In this document: piece after piece, positions 1 through 10,355 of the stretch
Numbering within the stretch: the stretch's first letter is position 1
How the letters are laid out: each line of letters starts with the position of its first letter
Assembly (NCBI GenBank): GCA_963717435.1
Contig: OY970332.1
Location: 160,001-224,000 of the forward strand
Direction: 5' to 3'
From: an uncultured bacterium
GTDB lineage: Bacteria; Babelota; Babeliae; Babelales; Babelaceae
DNA length: 64,000 nt
Notes under the pieces: model-generated
Database searches by the model: none
Told to the model about the DNA's origin: nothing
What the model saw: only the letters and a program-made list of their open reading frames with translations
Translations under genes and position numbers: made by a program

Positions 1-19
1 CGGCGCTTACGCTTGGTTT

Positions 20-460
20 TTGATCAAAGATCTTATGAACAAAAATTATTCTTTAATTTTAATTAATGGCTTTGCAATGTTGGTTGGCGGAATCGGAGCT
101 TTGGCAACATCGTTAATTTTTGAAGTCTTAATACCAGTATTTTCAGAATATAATAAATATGGTCAAGTTAGTTTTGCCAATATTAATTTGGTCTCAGATT
201 ATTATAAGTTTTTTTTGTGGATCGGGGCACTAATTTTAACAAGTAATATTATTGTTTATAATTTATTTGGCTTTTTAATAAAAAAATATTCGATCACTTT
301 CTTAACATTAGCAGGATTTTTGTCGCCAGTATTTGGAGCAATCGGGGGGTACTTTTTATTAAAAGAGCCCATATCTTGGCACTATTTGGCATCCCTTGCT
401 TTAATTACTCTGGCATTGTATATTTTCAATGTCCAAGAGCGGGTTTCAAGAAAGTTATAA
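20..460 (+). CDS. DMT/EamA-family transporter, C-terminal part (probably begins upstream of the window)
   Basis: Multiple hydrophobic helices; 'LSPVFGAIGGYFLLKEPI' matches the EamA C-terminal pattern. Confidence 0.75.
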   Translation: MIKDLMNKNYSLILINGFAMLVGGIGALATSLIFEVLIPVFSEYNKYGQVSFANINLVSDYYKFFLWIGALILTSNIIVYNLFGFLIKKYSITFLTLAGFLSPVFGAIGGYFLLKEPISWHYLASLALITLALYIFNVQERVSRKL

Positions 461-585
461 AATCTTTGATTTTTTATAAAACTTGGTTTAGATTTATATC
501 AATAGTTAATTAGATAACCTCCATTTCCCCTGTCCGTGACGTTCTGTCTGGATAGGGGTAAATTTTGTATAAATAAGCATAAAAA

Positions 586-1635
586 ATGTTTCAGGAAAAA
601 GATAAATCTCACAAGATTGAACCTTACATATCAGAAAATCGCTTTTATAACTTCGCCGGCGAAAAGGCCGAAGGATATGTTCTGCGTTCAATTGCCATGT
701 TCTTCCAATCCTGGTGGCACCACAAAAGAAGCCGTTTTAACCCTCAAGAATGGTTTTTAGAGAACCAACAAATTCAGGACAAATCTGAATCACCAAAAAT
801 AACGTGGATCGGCCATTCAAGCTTTCTTATACAAATCGGCGGGTTTAATATTTTAACTGACCCGGTTTTTGGTAGTCTTGCCGTAGTTTTTCAAAGAATC
901 TTTGCACCCGGTATACAACCAGATACGCTACCCAAAATAGATTTTGTGTTAATATCCCACAATCACAGGGATCATATGGACAGAAAATCACTAGAAAGAC
1001 TAAAAAGAGATCACCCAAGTGCAACTTTTTTGGTTCCCCAAGGTGACAAATATTGGTTCGAATCTCGTAATTTCAAAAAAATTCTTGAATTTAACTGGTG
1101 GGAAAAGAAAAGTTTCACCGGGCAAATAAATCAACTTGCAGGCATCGAGTTTACTTTTTTGCCTGCGTTTCATTGGTCCGGGCGGGGAATTTTGGACAGA
1201 AACAGATCTTTGTGGGGCAGCTGGATGATCAGTTGCAACGGCACAAATATATACTTTGCCGGCGATACAGCCTACGCGGATCATTTTAAGTTTATAAAAA
1301 AAGAGTTCCCGGTTATTGATATAGCTCTTATGCCAATAGCGCCATGTGAACCGAGAGAATGGATGAAAAAAACCCATGTTAACGCTGAAGAGGCCGTTCA
1401 GGCTTTTATAGACATGGACGCCCAAAATTTTGTGCCTATGCACTGGGGAACATACCATTTTGGAGTTGAATCTTTCCTGGCACCAATCGAGAGACTTGAA
1501 AAGTCTTGGATGGAGCAAAATCTTACACAAAAAGATAAATCTTTAAATATCTTAAGAATTGGCGAGCAGATAACGTTCCCTGTAAGCTCTTCAAATATTA
1601 TCCAACCAAAACAGCCTAATATTCTTAGCCTGTAA
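586..1635 (+). CDS. MBL-fold metallo-hydrolase (NAPE-PLD/RomA-like)
   Basis: TWIGHSS, LTDPVF, ISHNHRDH (HxHxDH), YFAGDT, PMHWGT motifs. Confidence 0.9.
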   Translation: MFQEKDKSHKIEPYISENRFYNFAGEKAEGYVLRSIAMFFQSWWHHKRSRFNPQEWFLENQQIQDKSESPKITWIGHSSFLIQIGGFNILTDPVFGSLAVVFQRIFAPGIQPDTLPKIDFVLISHNHRDHMDRKSLERLKRDHPSATFLVPQGDKYWFESRNFKKILEFNWWEKKSFTGQINQLAGIEFTFLPAFHWSGRGILDRNRSLWGSWMISCNGTNIYFAGDTAYADHFKFIKKEFPVIDIALMPIAPCEPREWMKKTHVNAEEAVQAFIDMDAQNFVPMHWGTYHFGVESFLAPIERLEKSWMEQNLTQKDKSLNILRIGEQITFPVSSSNIIQPKQPNILSL

Positions 1636-1764
1636 GCCTCAAAAAGCCCCGGCCCCTAGATCTAATTAGCGTCATTTATTTTATATGTTAAAAGCCAAAC
1701 TATTGCTTTAATAATACATATTTTGATACATTAAATTTATAATATATTTAATGGGGATGTTATT

Positions 1765-2640
1765 ATGAAAAATTCAAGAATTTTAGCGTTAATTTTAGGC
1801 CTAAGCCTGTCGCCCAACCTATCAGCCATGTGGTGGCCGTGGTCACGTAAGCCTGAGCAGCCTAAAAAGGAAGAACCTGCTAAATACGGTGATCTTGATG
1901 AGAAAAAAGAAGAAAAATACGAAATTAAAACTCTTGAAGGTAAAGATTATATCTCCCAACTTCCCGATGAAATAATTTTGGACATAGTTTCAATGACTAT
2001 CAATAAAACTGCTGATACAAAAAGTAAAGCTTTTGGAGATGCAATAAATCTATTATCAACAAGTAAGAGGTTTAGAAGACTTTATAGCAAATTTATGGAA
2101 AGAAAAGACGTTAAAGAGCTAAGAACGGAGATTGAGGAATTAAAGAAAGCGCTCAAGATAATTAAAGATTATAAAGCTTTGCCTGGAAATTCAGAACATG
2201 GAGATGTGTATATTGCTCGCGATAAAGGTTTAATTATTTGGTTCAAATATTACATGGATACTCTGAGTCGCGAAGATAAAACATACGTGTTGGGATCATT
2301 AATTTCTCAGTTTCGACGTGAGGCGTCCTGGAATGAGAAAAATAAAGACACAGAACAACATTTAAAAATAATTCAAATGCTAATTGACAATGGAGCTTAT
2401 ATCAACAGTTCAATGGCTATACCTCTTTATCAAGGTGCTAGAAGAACTATGAGCTTTTTAGCAGCTTCGTTATTTGAATATTCGGATAACGAAATACTTT
2501 TATCTTTAGCAAAAATATTATTGGATAATGGTGCTCAAATTGATAAGACCGTTAAAGATCTTATGGAAGAAGATCCCAAAATTAAACAATTTATAGAAGA
2601 TTATTTAGCAAAAAAGAAATTGAGTAGCAGGCAAGATTAA
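1765..2640 (+). CDS. Secreted protein with F-box-like motif and ankyrin-like repeats (putative effector)
   Basis: Signal peptide; 'ISQLPDEIILDIV...LLSTSKRFRRL' F-box-like; 'MLIDNGAYIN' and 'ILLDNGAQID' ankyrin-like. Confidence 0.65.
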   Translation: MKNSRILALILGLSLSPNLSAMWWPWSRKPEQPKKEEPAKYGDLDEKKEEKYEIKTLEGKDYISQLPDEIILDIVSMTINKTADTKSKAFGDAINLLSTSKRFRRLYSKFMERKDVKELRTEIEELKKALKIIKDYKALPGNSEHGDVYIARDKGLIIWFKYYMDTLSREDKTYVLGSLISQFRREASWNEKNKDTEQHLKIIQMLIDNGAYINSSMAIPLYQGARRTMSFLAASLFEYSDNEILLSLAKILLDNGAQIDKTVKDLMEEDPKIKQFIEDYLAKKKLSSRQD

Positions 2641-2720
2641 GAAGCAAATAAAGCCTAATAAATCATGGTTTTTAGGGCTGCCTAATTTGACAAATATGCA
2701 ATATATTATATCATTAATGC

Positions 2721-3368
2721 ATGATACAATCCCCCTCAAATCTATCGTGGACAAATATGATTGCAAATATTTTTTGTTTTTGTTTATTGATAATAATATT
2801 TGCTAGTAATTTGATGGCTATGGAAAAAAAATATAATAATATGACAAATAATAAACAAGAGATAAATTTTAGTTTTAAGAATATAAGCGAAGAGGATATC
2901 CCGTTGCTTTATTCTTGGCTAAAAGAACCACATGTATCAAAATGGTGGCCGACGCCAGAAAAAGACGAATTCTATGAAAAATTTCTTCAAAGAATTAGAT
3001 CAAAAGATACCGTCGGGTATTTGGTATTATTTAATTCAAAGCCCATTGGTTATATACAGTATTATAAAATTGATAGAAGTTTAGAAAAAGCCGGTTCTTG
3101 GTTGCCGGAACTTCCTGAAAATACAGTCGGAACCGACCAATTTATAGGCGATAAAGATTTTATTGGCAAGGGCTATGGGACATTGTTTGTTAAAGAATTT
3201 ATTAAATATCTTAAAAACTTGGAACCTGAGTTAACTACTGTTATTGTCGATCCTGAACCTGATAATATTGCAGCCATCAGGTGCTATGAAAAAGTCGGGT
3301 TTAAAAATGTAGGGCTTTATGATACGGCCCATGGTAAAGCTCAGCTGTTAAGATATGATATTAAGTAG
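2721..3368 (+). CDS. GNAT acetyltransferase, AAC(6')-Ib/Acetyltransf_8-like (start may be downstream at MEKK/MTNN)
   Basis: WLKEPHVSKWW, PIGYIQ, GTDQFIG, GKGYG, VDPEPDNIAAIRCYEKVGF motifs. Confidence 0.85.
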   Translation: MIQSPSNLSWTNMIANIFCFCLLIIIFASNLMAMEKKYNNMTNNKQEINFSFKNISEEDIPLLYSWLKEPHVSKWWPTPEKDEFYEKFLQRIRSKDTVGYLVLFNSKPIGYIQYYKIDRSLEKAGSWLPELPENTVGTDQFIGDKDFIGKGYGTLFVKEFIKYLKNLEPELTTVIVDPEPDNIAAIRCYEKVGFKNVGLYDTAHGKAQLLRYDIK

Positions 3369-3394
3369 CTTAAATTAGACATAAAAATTTGATT

Positions 3395-3427
3395 TATAAA
3401 AGTGCCACAGCTTGTGGCACTTTTATA
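3395..3427. terminator. Bidirectional intrinsic terminator
   Basis: Perfect inverted repeat tataaaagtgccaca-gct-tgtggcacttttata between convergent genes. Confidence 0.75.
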
Positions 3428-3459
3428 CTTTTGGTCAATTTCTAATTTAGCGCTTGATG

Positions 3460-4155
3460 CTATTCCGGGTAAGTTTCAAGTCTTATTTTAAGCAAAAATA
3501 TTGTCTCTGTGAGTAGCTTTTCTTTGACCCATGCCTTTTGCTTGGAATCAAGCAATTCACCTAATCCGGACAAAATATTACGATTACTCATCGACTCAAG
3601 CTCTTTAATGCATTTATTTAAAAACTTGCGCATCGACAAGCCGGTTCTTTTTTCAATAATCTGGCCATTGATCGGCCAGTTATTTTTCAAAAAAAAGTAT
3701 GTGTCAAAAATGTCGCGATTTGCATCACCAATGCGTTCAAGCATAGCAACCATTTTATTTGCGACCATATCTTCTTTGACCATTACTTTCATAGGAATTC
3801 CAAGATAAGACTTTACTTCATACTTCGATCCGAAATTTCTACGATTAACTTCAACTTTAATATTCTGAGATCCGTCACTATAAGAAATTCTAAAAAATAA
3901 GGTATATTTTTTTTCGTAGGAATCTTTAATGGCGCCATGTTGTTCGAGAATTTTTTTTAGCTGCTCAAAAACCTCATGTTCTTTGGACGCATCAAGTAAA
4001 TCAAAGTCTAAATCTACGGAAAAACGATTAAGGTCATAAAATAAAAAGGCTGCCGTGCCTCCCTTAAAACCTAAAAATGGCCCTATGAACACATTTGTAT
4101 AAATTTCTTTCAAAATACGAATCAAAATAGTTTTGTGAACTGTTGTATCTAACAT
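3460..4155 (-). CDS. abiEii: AbiEii/AbiGii-family nucleotidyltransferase toxin (type IV TA)
   Basis: FKGGTA...RFSVDLDF motif, K...RDIFD C-terminal motif; TAATG coupling to the upstream gene. Confidence 0.9.
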   Translation of the reverse strand: MLDTTVHKTILIRILKEIYTNVFIGPFLGFKGGTAAFLFYDLNRFSVDLDFDLLDASKEHEVFEQLKKILEQHGAIKDSYEKKYTLFFRISYSDGSQNIKVEVNRRNFGSKYEVKSYLGIPMKVMVKEDMVANKMVAMLERIGDANRDIFDTYFFLKNNWPINGQIIEKRTGLSMRKFLNKCIKELESMSNRNILSGLGELLDSKQKAWVKEKLLTETIFLLKIRLETYPE

Positions 4156-4751
4156 TATGACAATCTCCTATTAGCTTGGAACTCTTTGAAATAAGCATGT
4201 ACTTTTTTGACCATCCGTTGCCTATTGTAGATGGGCAATAATGCGAATACTTTGTCAAAATCCAAAGGCGAGAGATTATCAAAGTGATAACCCTTATTCA
4301 AATATAATATATCTAAAAATGCCCGTTCTTTACTCGCTATAAAATAATAACCCCGTTGTTCAATACCAGCACTATTAGTCAGAATGGTATCTTTAATTTT
4401 TTTGAACACATAAGTCTGACCATCACAAACAATCTCTTTACTTTGATAAGTTGCAACAAAAATCGTAGAATAATGTTGAAATATAACACCTGCTTCAATA
4501 AGAACTGTTTCAAAGCTCACATAGGATGGGGTAAATATCTTAGTTGCAAGCTCCAATTTGTCGTAATTTTTATCTTTCGCATACAACCCACGCCTGATAT
4601 GGTAAAGCTCTCCATTTTTAATATAGTGACTCAAACGTCTTTTTAAGAGCAAAGGCTTAGCTTCAGTGCTGGCTAACAATAATTCTTTGAAGGTAAAAAC
4701 TGAGGATTTAGATCGCAAAATATTAAGTATATTTACTTTGTTCATATTCAT
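4155..4751 (-). CDS. abiEi: AbiEi-family antitoxin / transcriptional regulator
   Basis: N-terminal wHTH with 'IRRGLY', 'SYVSFETVL...GVI', 'ASKERAFLD'; coupled to abiEii. Confidence 0.85.
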   Translation of the reverse strand: MNMNKVNILNILRSKSSVFTFKELLLASTEAKPLLLKRRLSHYIKNGELYHIRRGLYAKDKNYDKLELATKIFTPSYVSFETVLIEAGVIFQHYSTIFVATYQSKEIVCDGQTYVFKKIKDTILTNSAGIEQRGYYFIASKERAFLDILYLNKGYHFDNLSPLDFDKVFALLPIYNRQRMVKKVHAYFKEFQANRRLS

Positions 4752-4755
4752 CCGT

Positions 4756-4790
4756 GAGTTAAAGGTTACATATAATGTTACTTTTAACTC
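4756..4790. promoter_or_regulatory. Inverted repeat directly upstream of abiEi, candidate autoregulatory operator
   Basis: gagttaaaggttaca-tataa-tgttacttttaactc; arms match at 13 of 15 positions. Confidence 0.55.
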
Positions 4791-4973
4791 ATATTATAGA
4801 GTTTGGTTAAAAAATACAATAACAAAACAATTCTTGGTTAATTTACAATTTTTTGCTATATTTATTACTAATATATATTTCCAATTCACAGTAAAAACAT
4901 CAAGAATTTACCCCTAAATTAAGCTTAAAAACTAAAATAAAATTAAAGTAATATAAGCACTAATGGAGAGAGT

Positions 4974-6959
4974 ATGTCATTATTCAAATTACACGCGCCG
5001 TTTCCGCCGGCGGGGGACCAGCCAAAGGCGATAGAGACTTTGGTATCAAGGAGACCTGGGATATCGACACTTTTGGGTGTAACAGGATCCGGAAAAACTT
5101 ACACTATTGCAAACGTTATAGCAAAGCAAAACAAGCCAGTTTTAATTTTATCACCTAATAAAACACTGGCAGCGCAGCTTTATGAAGAATTTTCACTGTT
5201 TTTTCCTGAAAACAAAGTGGGATATTTTGTAAGCTACTACGATTATTATCAACCAGAATCTTATCTGCCAGCGCAGGATATTTATATTGCAAAAGAAACC
5301 AAAATAAACAGTGAAATTGAGCGTCTGAGAATAGAATCAGCCGCGTCTTTGGTTAATAGACCAGATACAATAATTATAGCTTCTGTCTCATGTATTTATT
5401 CGTTGGGTAACCCAGAAGATTATAAAAATCTTTCTATGAAGCTGCATGTGGGGCAGGAAATATCAAGACAAGAGTTCTTACGACAATTAGTGTTTATACA
5501 ATACAACAGAAACGATATTGAAAAATCTTCAGGGACATTTAGCGTTACTGGTAACACTGTTGAAATTATACTGCCATATCAAAAAGAAAAGCTTAGAGTC
5601 GAAATTTTTGGTAATAAAATAGAGAGCTTGCAGTGGGTAAGCAAACAGGATAATAAAATTTTAACAGAACTTGATAACACTTTAATATTTCCTGCAAAAT
5701 ATTTCGTAACTCCACTGGACAAAAAAGAAGCGGCTATTAAATCGATCGAACGAGAGCTTGAATGGTGGGCGCCGCAACTTAAAAATCCTTTGTATCAAGA
5801 GCGCATAAAAGCACGCGTTGGGCATGATTTAGAGATGCTACGAGAGACTGGGTTTTGCACAGGAATCGAAAACTATTCGAGCCATTTTGATGGCCGACTT
5901 CCTGGCAGCAGACCGTACTGCTTGTTCGATTATTTTCCAGAAGATTTTTTGCTAGTTATAGATGAGTCGCATATAGCGGTCCCACAACTTCGTGGCATGT
6001 ATGCAGGCGATAAAGCTAGAAAAAAATCTTTAATAGATTTTGGCTTCAGGTTGCCATCAGCAGCAGATAATAGACCATTAAAATTTGAAGAAACAGAAAA
6101 ATATTTTAACGATGTAATATTTGTTTCAGCAACACCATCTGAGTACGAACTTAAAAAAAGTGACGTTTTTGTTGAACAGATAATCAGGCCAACAGGGCTT
6201 GTTGACCCGATAGTTGAAACTCACCCAAGATTAAATCAGCTAACACATTTAAAATCACAGATAGAAGAGACAAATAATAAGGGTTATAGAACTCTTGTAA
6301 CAGTTTTGACTAAAAAACTTGCGGAAGAACTTGCAAGATATTTGCAGGAACAAAAAATTAAAGTCTGCTACTTGCACAGTGAGATGAAAACTCCGCAGAG
6401 AACAGAAATCTTGCACAAATTAAGACTTGGTGTTTTTGATTGTATAGTGGGGGTAAATTTACTTCGTGAGGGGCTTGATTTACCAGAAGTGGCGCTTGTT
6501 GCGATAATGGACGCAGATATTGAAAGTTTCTTGCGTGATAAAAGATCGTTAATACAAACTATCGGACGCGCAGCAAGAAACGTCGAATCTAAAGTTATTT
6601 TATACACAGATAAAATAACACAGTCTATTAAGGGCGCGATGGAAGAAACTTCACGCAGAAGAGAGCTGCAACTTGAATACAACAAAAAACATGGCATAGT
6701 TGCTCAATCTGTTAAGCGCGAAGTTACAAAGAGTATCTCGAATATCCAAAAAGCCATTATGGAAGCGAGCAAGCTTAAGCCTAGAAAGCAAAAAGAAAAG
6801 CCCGAGAATCTCGGTATTTTGGAGATACAATACAAAATCGAAGATTTGGAAAAAGCTATGCAAAAAGCTGCTGAATCTCTTAACTTCGAACTTGCTATTA
6901 AACTGCGCCAAGAATGGTTCGATCTTAAAAAAGATTTAACTGAAAAAGACAAGAAATAA
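4974..6959 (+). CDS. uvrB: Excinuclease ABC subunit B
   Basis: GVTGSGKT, YFVSYYDYYQPE, DESH, QTIGRAARN, C-terminal UVR domain. Confidence 0.98.
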   Translation: MSLFKLHAPFPPAGDQPKAIETLVSRRPGISTLLGVTGSGKTYTIANVIAKQNKPVLILSPNKTLAAQLYEEFSLFFPENKVGYFVSYYDYYQPESYLPAQDIYIAKETKINSEIERLRIESAASLVNRPDTIIIASVSCIYSLGNPEDYKNLSMKLHVGQEISRQEFLRQLVFIQYNRNDIEKSSGTFSVTGNTVEIILPYQKEKLRVEIFGNKIESLQWVSKQDNKILTELDNTLIFPAKYFVTPLDKKEAAIKSIERELEWWAPQLKNPLYQERIKARVGHDLEMLRETGFCTGIENYSSHFDGRLPGSRPYCLFDYFPEDFLLVIDESHIAVPQLRGMYAGDKARKKSLIDFGFRLPSAADNRPLKFEETEKYFNDVIFVSATPSEYELKKSDVFVEQIIRPTGLVDPIVETHPRLNQLTHLKSQIEETNNKGYRTLVTVLTKKLAEELARYLQEQKIKVCYLHSEMKTPQRTEILHKLRLGVFDCIVGVNLLREGLDLPEVALVAIMDADIESFLRDKRSLIQTIGRAARNVESKVILYTDKITQSIKGAMEETSRRRELQLEYNKKHGIVAQSVKREVTKSISNIQKAIMEASKLKPRKQKEKPENLGILEIQYKIEDLEKAMQKAAESLNFELAIKLRQEWFDLKKDLTEKDKK

Positions 6960-7185
6960 TTTTGATTGATGCCGCCATAAACTTATATTTTTATATATAA
7001 ATAACTGAGGTTTTACCCAAAAACCAGGTATTTTCGGGGTATTTTGGCCCCAAAAAACCATGTTTTTAGAGAATTAAAGAGAGGGGATATGTCTTGAACC
7101 TGTATACCCCCCTTTTGACATATAATTCCCATAGTTTAAACTTAAATACAGATAGATAATATAACTCAAAACATGAGAGGTTTGA

Positions 7186-7881
7186 ATGTTTAAAAAATTA
7201 ACAATAGTAGCTCTAATGGCTTTTGCTAATGCTAATATGGTAGCTGAAACAGCTAAGCCAGAAGAAAAGTCTACTAAATCAGAAGAAAAATCAAATATTA
7301 GTGATAATAAAGAATCTTTATCGATAGATTCAGGATTGATATCAGCTATCGAAACTTTAAATATTGATGAAGTTAAGCAATTTATCGCAGGAAGAGCCTT
7401 TAATTCTGAAGCAGAAAAACAGCAAATTTCGACGCTTATAGAAAATACGCGTGGATCTATAAAAAAATGCTCACCTATGGATTTTATAGAACAACATAGA
7501 TATATTTTTACAGCCCTGAATCTACTGCCAACGTTTTTTGCTGAAAGATATTATGTAGAAAAAGAATACAGAGCTTTATCATACGCTGCAATGTCGCATC
7601 AGGATAATTATGATAATTCGGTAGGTGCAACGAGTTCACAAGCGCTTAAAAATTGGAGAATTGCGATAAAGGCCTTAGATGCTTACAATGGTCGCAGCTG
7701 GTGGGATAGAACAGGTAAAAAAACCGCTATTGCTTTAGGTGTACATCTGAGTTGTCTTGCAGTACTGGTATACGGTCCGATCTTCTTATACGAACTTAAA
7801 GTAATTATCCCCAAGTTAAAAAAATTAGAAGAAATAAATGAGTTGATAACCCAAATACCTGTTAGCGAGCTTATACAATAA
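7186..7881 (+). CDS. Hypothetical exported protein with a late transmembrane segment
   Basis: Signal peptide, GAGAGG RBS, hydrophobic helix near the C-terminus. Confidence 0.7.
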   Translation: MFKKLTIVALMAFANANMVAETAKPEEKSTKSEEKSNISDNKESLSIDSGLISAIETLNIDEVKQFIAGRAFNSEAEKQQISTLIENTRGSIKKCSPMDFIEQHRYIFTALNLLPTFFAERYYVEKEYRALSYAAMSHQDNYDNSVGATSSQALKNWRIAIKALDAYNGRSWWDRTGKKTAIALGVHLSCLAVLVYGPIFLYELKVIIPKLKKLEEINELITQIPVSELIQ

Positions 7882-8046
7882 ATTTCTTGTTGGAGGCAAA
7901 ATAACGGGAACTTCAAGAAAATAGCCGTCTATGTTTTATTAGGGTATAATTTATCCCGCTAACCCATTATTTTCTCAAATCCGCAATAATGTGTACTTAG
8001 CACAATTGTATAAATCTATTGAGGCCCGAAAAACCTTGAAGAGGCT

Positions 8047-8192
8047 AAACAAATTTAGCATAAAAATACTATACGTAATTTAATATTACCAGATTAAAGC
8101 CATAACAAACAATATTTATTGTTTGTTATTTTTCAGATATAAAATTAAATATAGCATTAAAAAGGGGGCTTTTTTGAGCCCCCCCTTAATTT
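8047..8192. repeat. Intergenic duplication copy 1 (terminator plus promoter-like block), paired with 9183-9322
   Basis: Shared gcataaaaatactatac.taatttaatattacca.attaaa ... ttatttttca.atataa ... aaaagggg(g)cttttt..gcccc. Confidence 0.8.
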
Positions 8193-8206
8193 TATTAATT
8201 TTTCTC

Positions 8207-9169
8207 TTACTGGTTCGGTCTGTAATTTTCAAATATTTCAATAATAGCTTTTAGCTTTTTCATATCTTCAGAGTCAGACATCGATTTCCCAGACATCCAA
8301 GACACCCAATCTTGATTTTTTTTGTTTTCTTCAGCTAATTTAGCAAGCGTTTCTTTTGCATAATCTAATACACTAGATGATCGCCCATTTAACACAGCCA
8401 ATGGGTCAGCGCCATAAGTCATTAATAGCTTAACCAAATCTACATCACGGATTTCAATCGCTGTTACCAAATAGTCGTCTTCTACATCTAATTTGGCTCC
8501 CAATTTAAGAAAATACTCGATATTCTCTCTCTCAGTTTCTCTCAAGGCGGGTTTTACACCTGGAAAAACTAACCTGATCATGGCCATTCTCAAACGGGCT
8601 TCTGGATACTCCAGAGGAACACCGTGGTTAGATATATTAGCCTTAGCCAAATCGGAATGCTTAGCAATTTTTTGGCATCTAAACCAAATCTTTGCATCTA
8701 GATCAACTGCCGCAGCAAGTTTTTCTTGCTCAGAGGCTTTTTGTCCAACCTTATCTTTTATCTTTTGATCAAATTTATTGTATAGATTTTCAATGGCATC
8801 ATTTTTAAATTTGCCATAATTATACTCATTGATTAATCTGGATTTTTCTTTGGGATCAGCAACATTTTTATACTTATTCAATGCATGTGTTTTAACCAAA
8901 TTAATTATAGTCTGCTCAGATCGGCCACCAAGACGTTTCATTGAGTCTGTTAACTTGAAGATTTCAGCCTTGGTTGAGGCACCTATATTAATATTAATAC
9001 CAGCCTTTGCTATCTCTAGCAAAACCCCATTGGGCATTTTTTTGTCTATTTTTGCAATTTTTAAGACTTCTCTTTCCCTTCTGGCTTCTTCCGCCCCCTG
9101 CTCCATGCCATTCAAACCTGCAAAAAGGGTAAAAAGACCCAATAAGCTTAATAATCTTAGATTTTTCAC
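8207..9169 (-). CDS. Secreted ankyrin-repeat protein (likely GTG start at 9169)
   Basis: GGAGG RBS before GTG; signal peptide; 'FLKLGAKLD...LVTAIE...LVKLLMTYGADP' ankyrin motifs. Confidence 0.75.
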   Translation of the reverse strand: MKNLRLLSLLGLFTLFAGLNGMEQGAEEARREREVLKIAKIDKKMPNGVLLEIAKAGININIGASTKAEIFKLTDSMKRLGGRSEQTIINLVKTHALNKYKNVADPKEKSRLINEYNYGKFKNDAIENLYNKFDQKIKDKVGQKASEQEKLAAAVDLDAKIWFRCQKIAKHSDLAKANISNHGVPLEYPEARLRMAMIRLVFPGVKPALRETERENIEYFLKLGAKLDVEDDYLVTAIEIRDVDLVKLLMTYGADPLAVLNGRSSSVLDYAKETLAKLAEENKKNQDWVSWMSGKSMSDSEDMKKLKAIIEIFENYRPNQ

Positions 9170-9182
9170 GATAACCTCCAAA

Positions 9183-9322
9183 AAACAAATTTTTGCATAA
9201 AAATACTATACTTAATTTAATATTACCACATTAAACCCGAAACAAAAGTGCCCCTTGTGATTATTTTTCAAATATAATATTAAACAAGCATAAAAAAAGG
9301 GGCTTTTTAGCCCCCTAATTTT
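9183..9322. repeat. Intergenic duplication copy 2
   Basis: See 8047-8192. Confidence 0.8.
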
Positions 9323-9335
9323 ATAGCTTTAAATC

Positions 9336-10355
9336 TTACCCGATTAACTTGTTTGTTTCATCGTCAGCTTCAATATCAACATTAAGATTTTGTGGTTCAT
9401 TTGCAGGATTTAGCTGTACGTCTTCACTGTAATAAGTGTCCCCGTTTTCATCAGTCACCATCTGCTTCTTTTCTGCTTCTGCTTTCTCCACGATCTCGTC
9501 AGCAACAGATTCTTTTTTCTGTAATTTTGCTTTATTTGATTCTTGTGCCGTTTGTGTTGTTACAGTTTCTTCTTCCGGATTAAACACCAATTCTTCTTGT
9601 GTTTTATTTTCTGTTTCTTCTGTATTATCAGTCCCGTTGTGGTTTTCTGATTCTAAAGAAACATCTGGATACACTATTTCTTCTTCTTTTGCTGCTTCTT
9701 GTGTTTCTACTTTTTCTTCCGGTTTTTCTTCAGTTGTTGTTATCACATTGTCAGTTTGTGCTTCTAATTCAGAAGTCTGTGCGGGCTGCTGTATTTCTTG
9801 CGTTTCATTAGATGGCGCAGCTACTTCTTCTGTAGTCTCAGCGGGTTGTTCAGTTTGCGCAGGTTGTTCGGTCTCCTCCGACAATTCTGGTTTTTGCTCA
9901 GTCTCAGTTGTTGTCGTTGCCATAGTTGTAGTTGTTAGATCATCGCTAACTTTCTCACCTTCTGCAGCAGGTTCCTCAAAAACAACTTCTGATTTAGGTT
10001 GCTCCGTAACAGCATTCTCAGATTTGTTCTCAGACTCTTCTGGTGCAGTTACTTCTTGGGAAATTTGAGGAGCTTCTTCTTTTTGTTCTTCCTGAGCTTG
10101 AACAGGTTCTACACCAGCTGTTTGCTCAGTGCCCTCAACCGGGTTAGCACCAGGCTGAACAAGTTTTTTTGTTGTATCAGTAGTCATCAAAGTCGAGGTC
10201 GACAAATCTGAACTAATTGGCTCAGGCTTATTTTCTGCATTAACTTCAGTTGCGATACCCTGCTCATCAGATAATGCGCCACGTGTGGCATTAACTGCAA
10301 CACCTGACAATAATAATATTATCGAAAGATATTTTATATCTCTTAGATTCTTCAT
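9336..10355 (-). CDS. Secreted, highly acidic E/T/Q-rich low-complexity protein (likely start 10355)
   Basis: GGAGG RBS, MKNLR start shared with the neighbouring gene, signal peptide, disordered composition. Confidence 0.75.
   Translation of the reverse strand: MKNLRDIKYLSIILLLSGVAVNATRGALSDEQGIATEVNAENKPEPISSDLSTSTLMTTDTTKKLVQPGANPVEGTEQTAGVEPVQAQEEQKEEAPQISQEVTAPEESENKSENAVTEQPKSEVVFEEPAAEGEKVSDDLTTTTMATTTTETEQKPELSEETEQPAQTEQPAETTEEVAAPSNETQEIQQPAQTSELEAQTDNVITTTEEKPEEKVETQEAAKEEEIVYPDVSLESENHNGTDNTEETENKTQEELVFNPEEETVTTQTAQESNKAKLQKKESVADEIVEKAEAEKKQMVTDENGDTYYSEDVQLNPANEPQNLNVDIEADDETNKLIG

Noticed and set aside
2721-3368. Bona fide aminoglycoside resistance gene or integron cassette
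   Set aside because: Family-level similarity only; no attC-like site or integron integrase, and the substrate cannot be assigned from sequence.
9436-10068. 210-aa Ser/Val/Cys-rich plus-strand ORF (also 59579-60913 plus-strand ORFs and similar overlaps)
   Set aside because: Antisense shadows of low-complexity or repetitive real genes.
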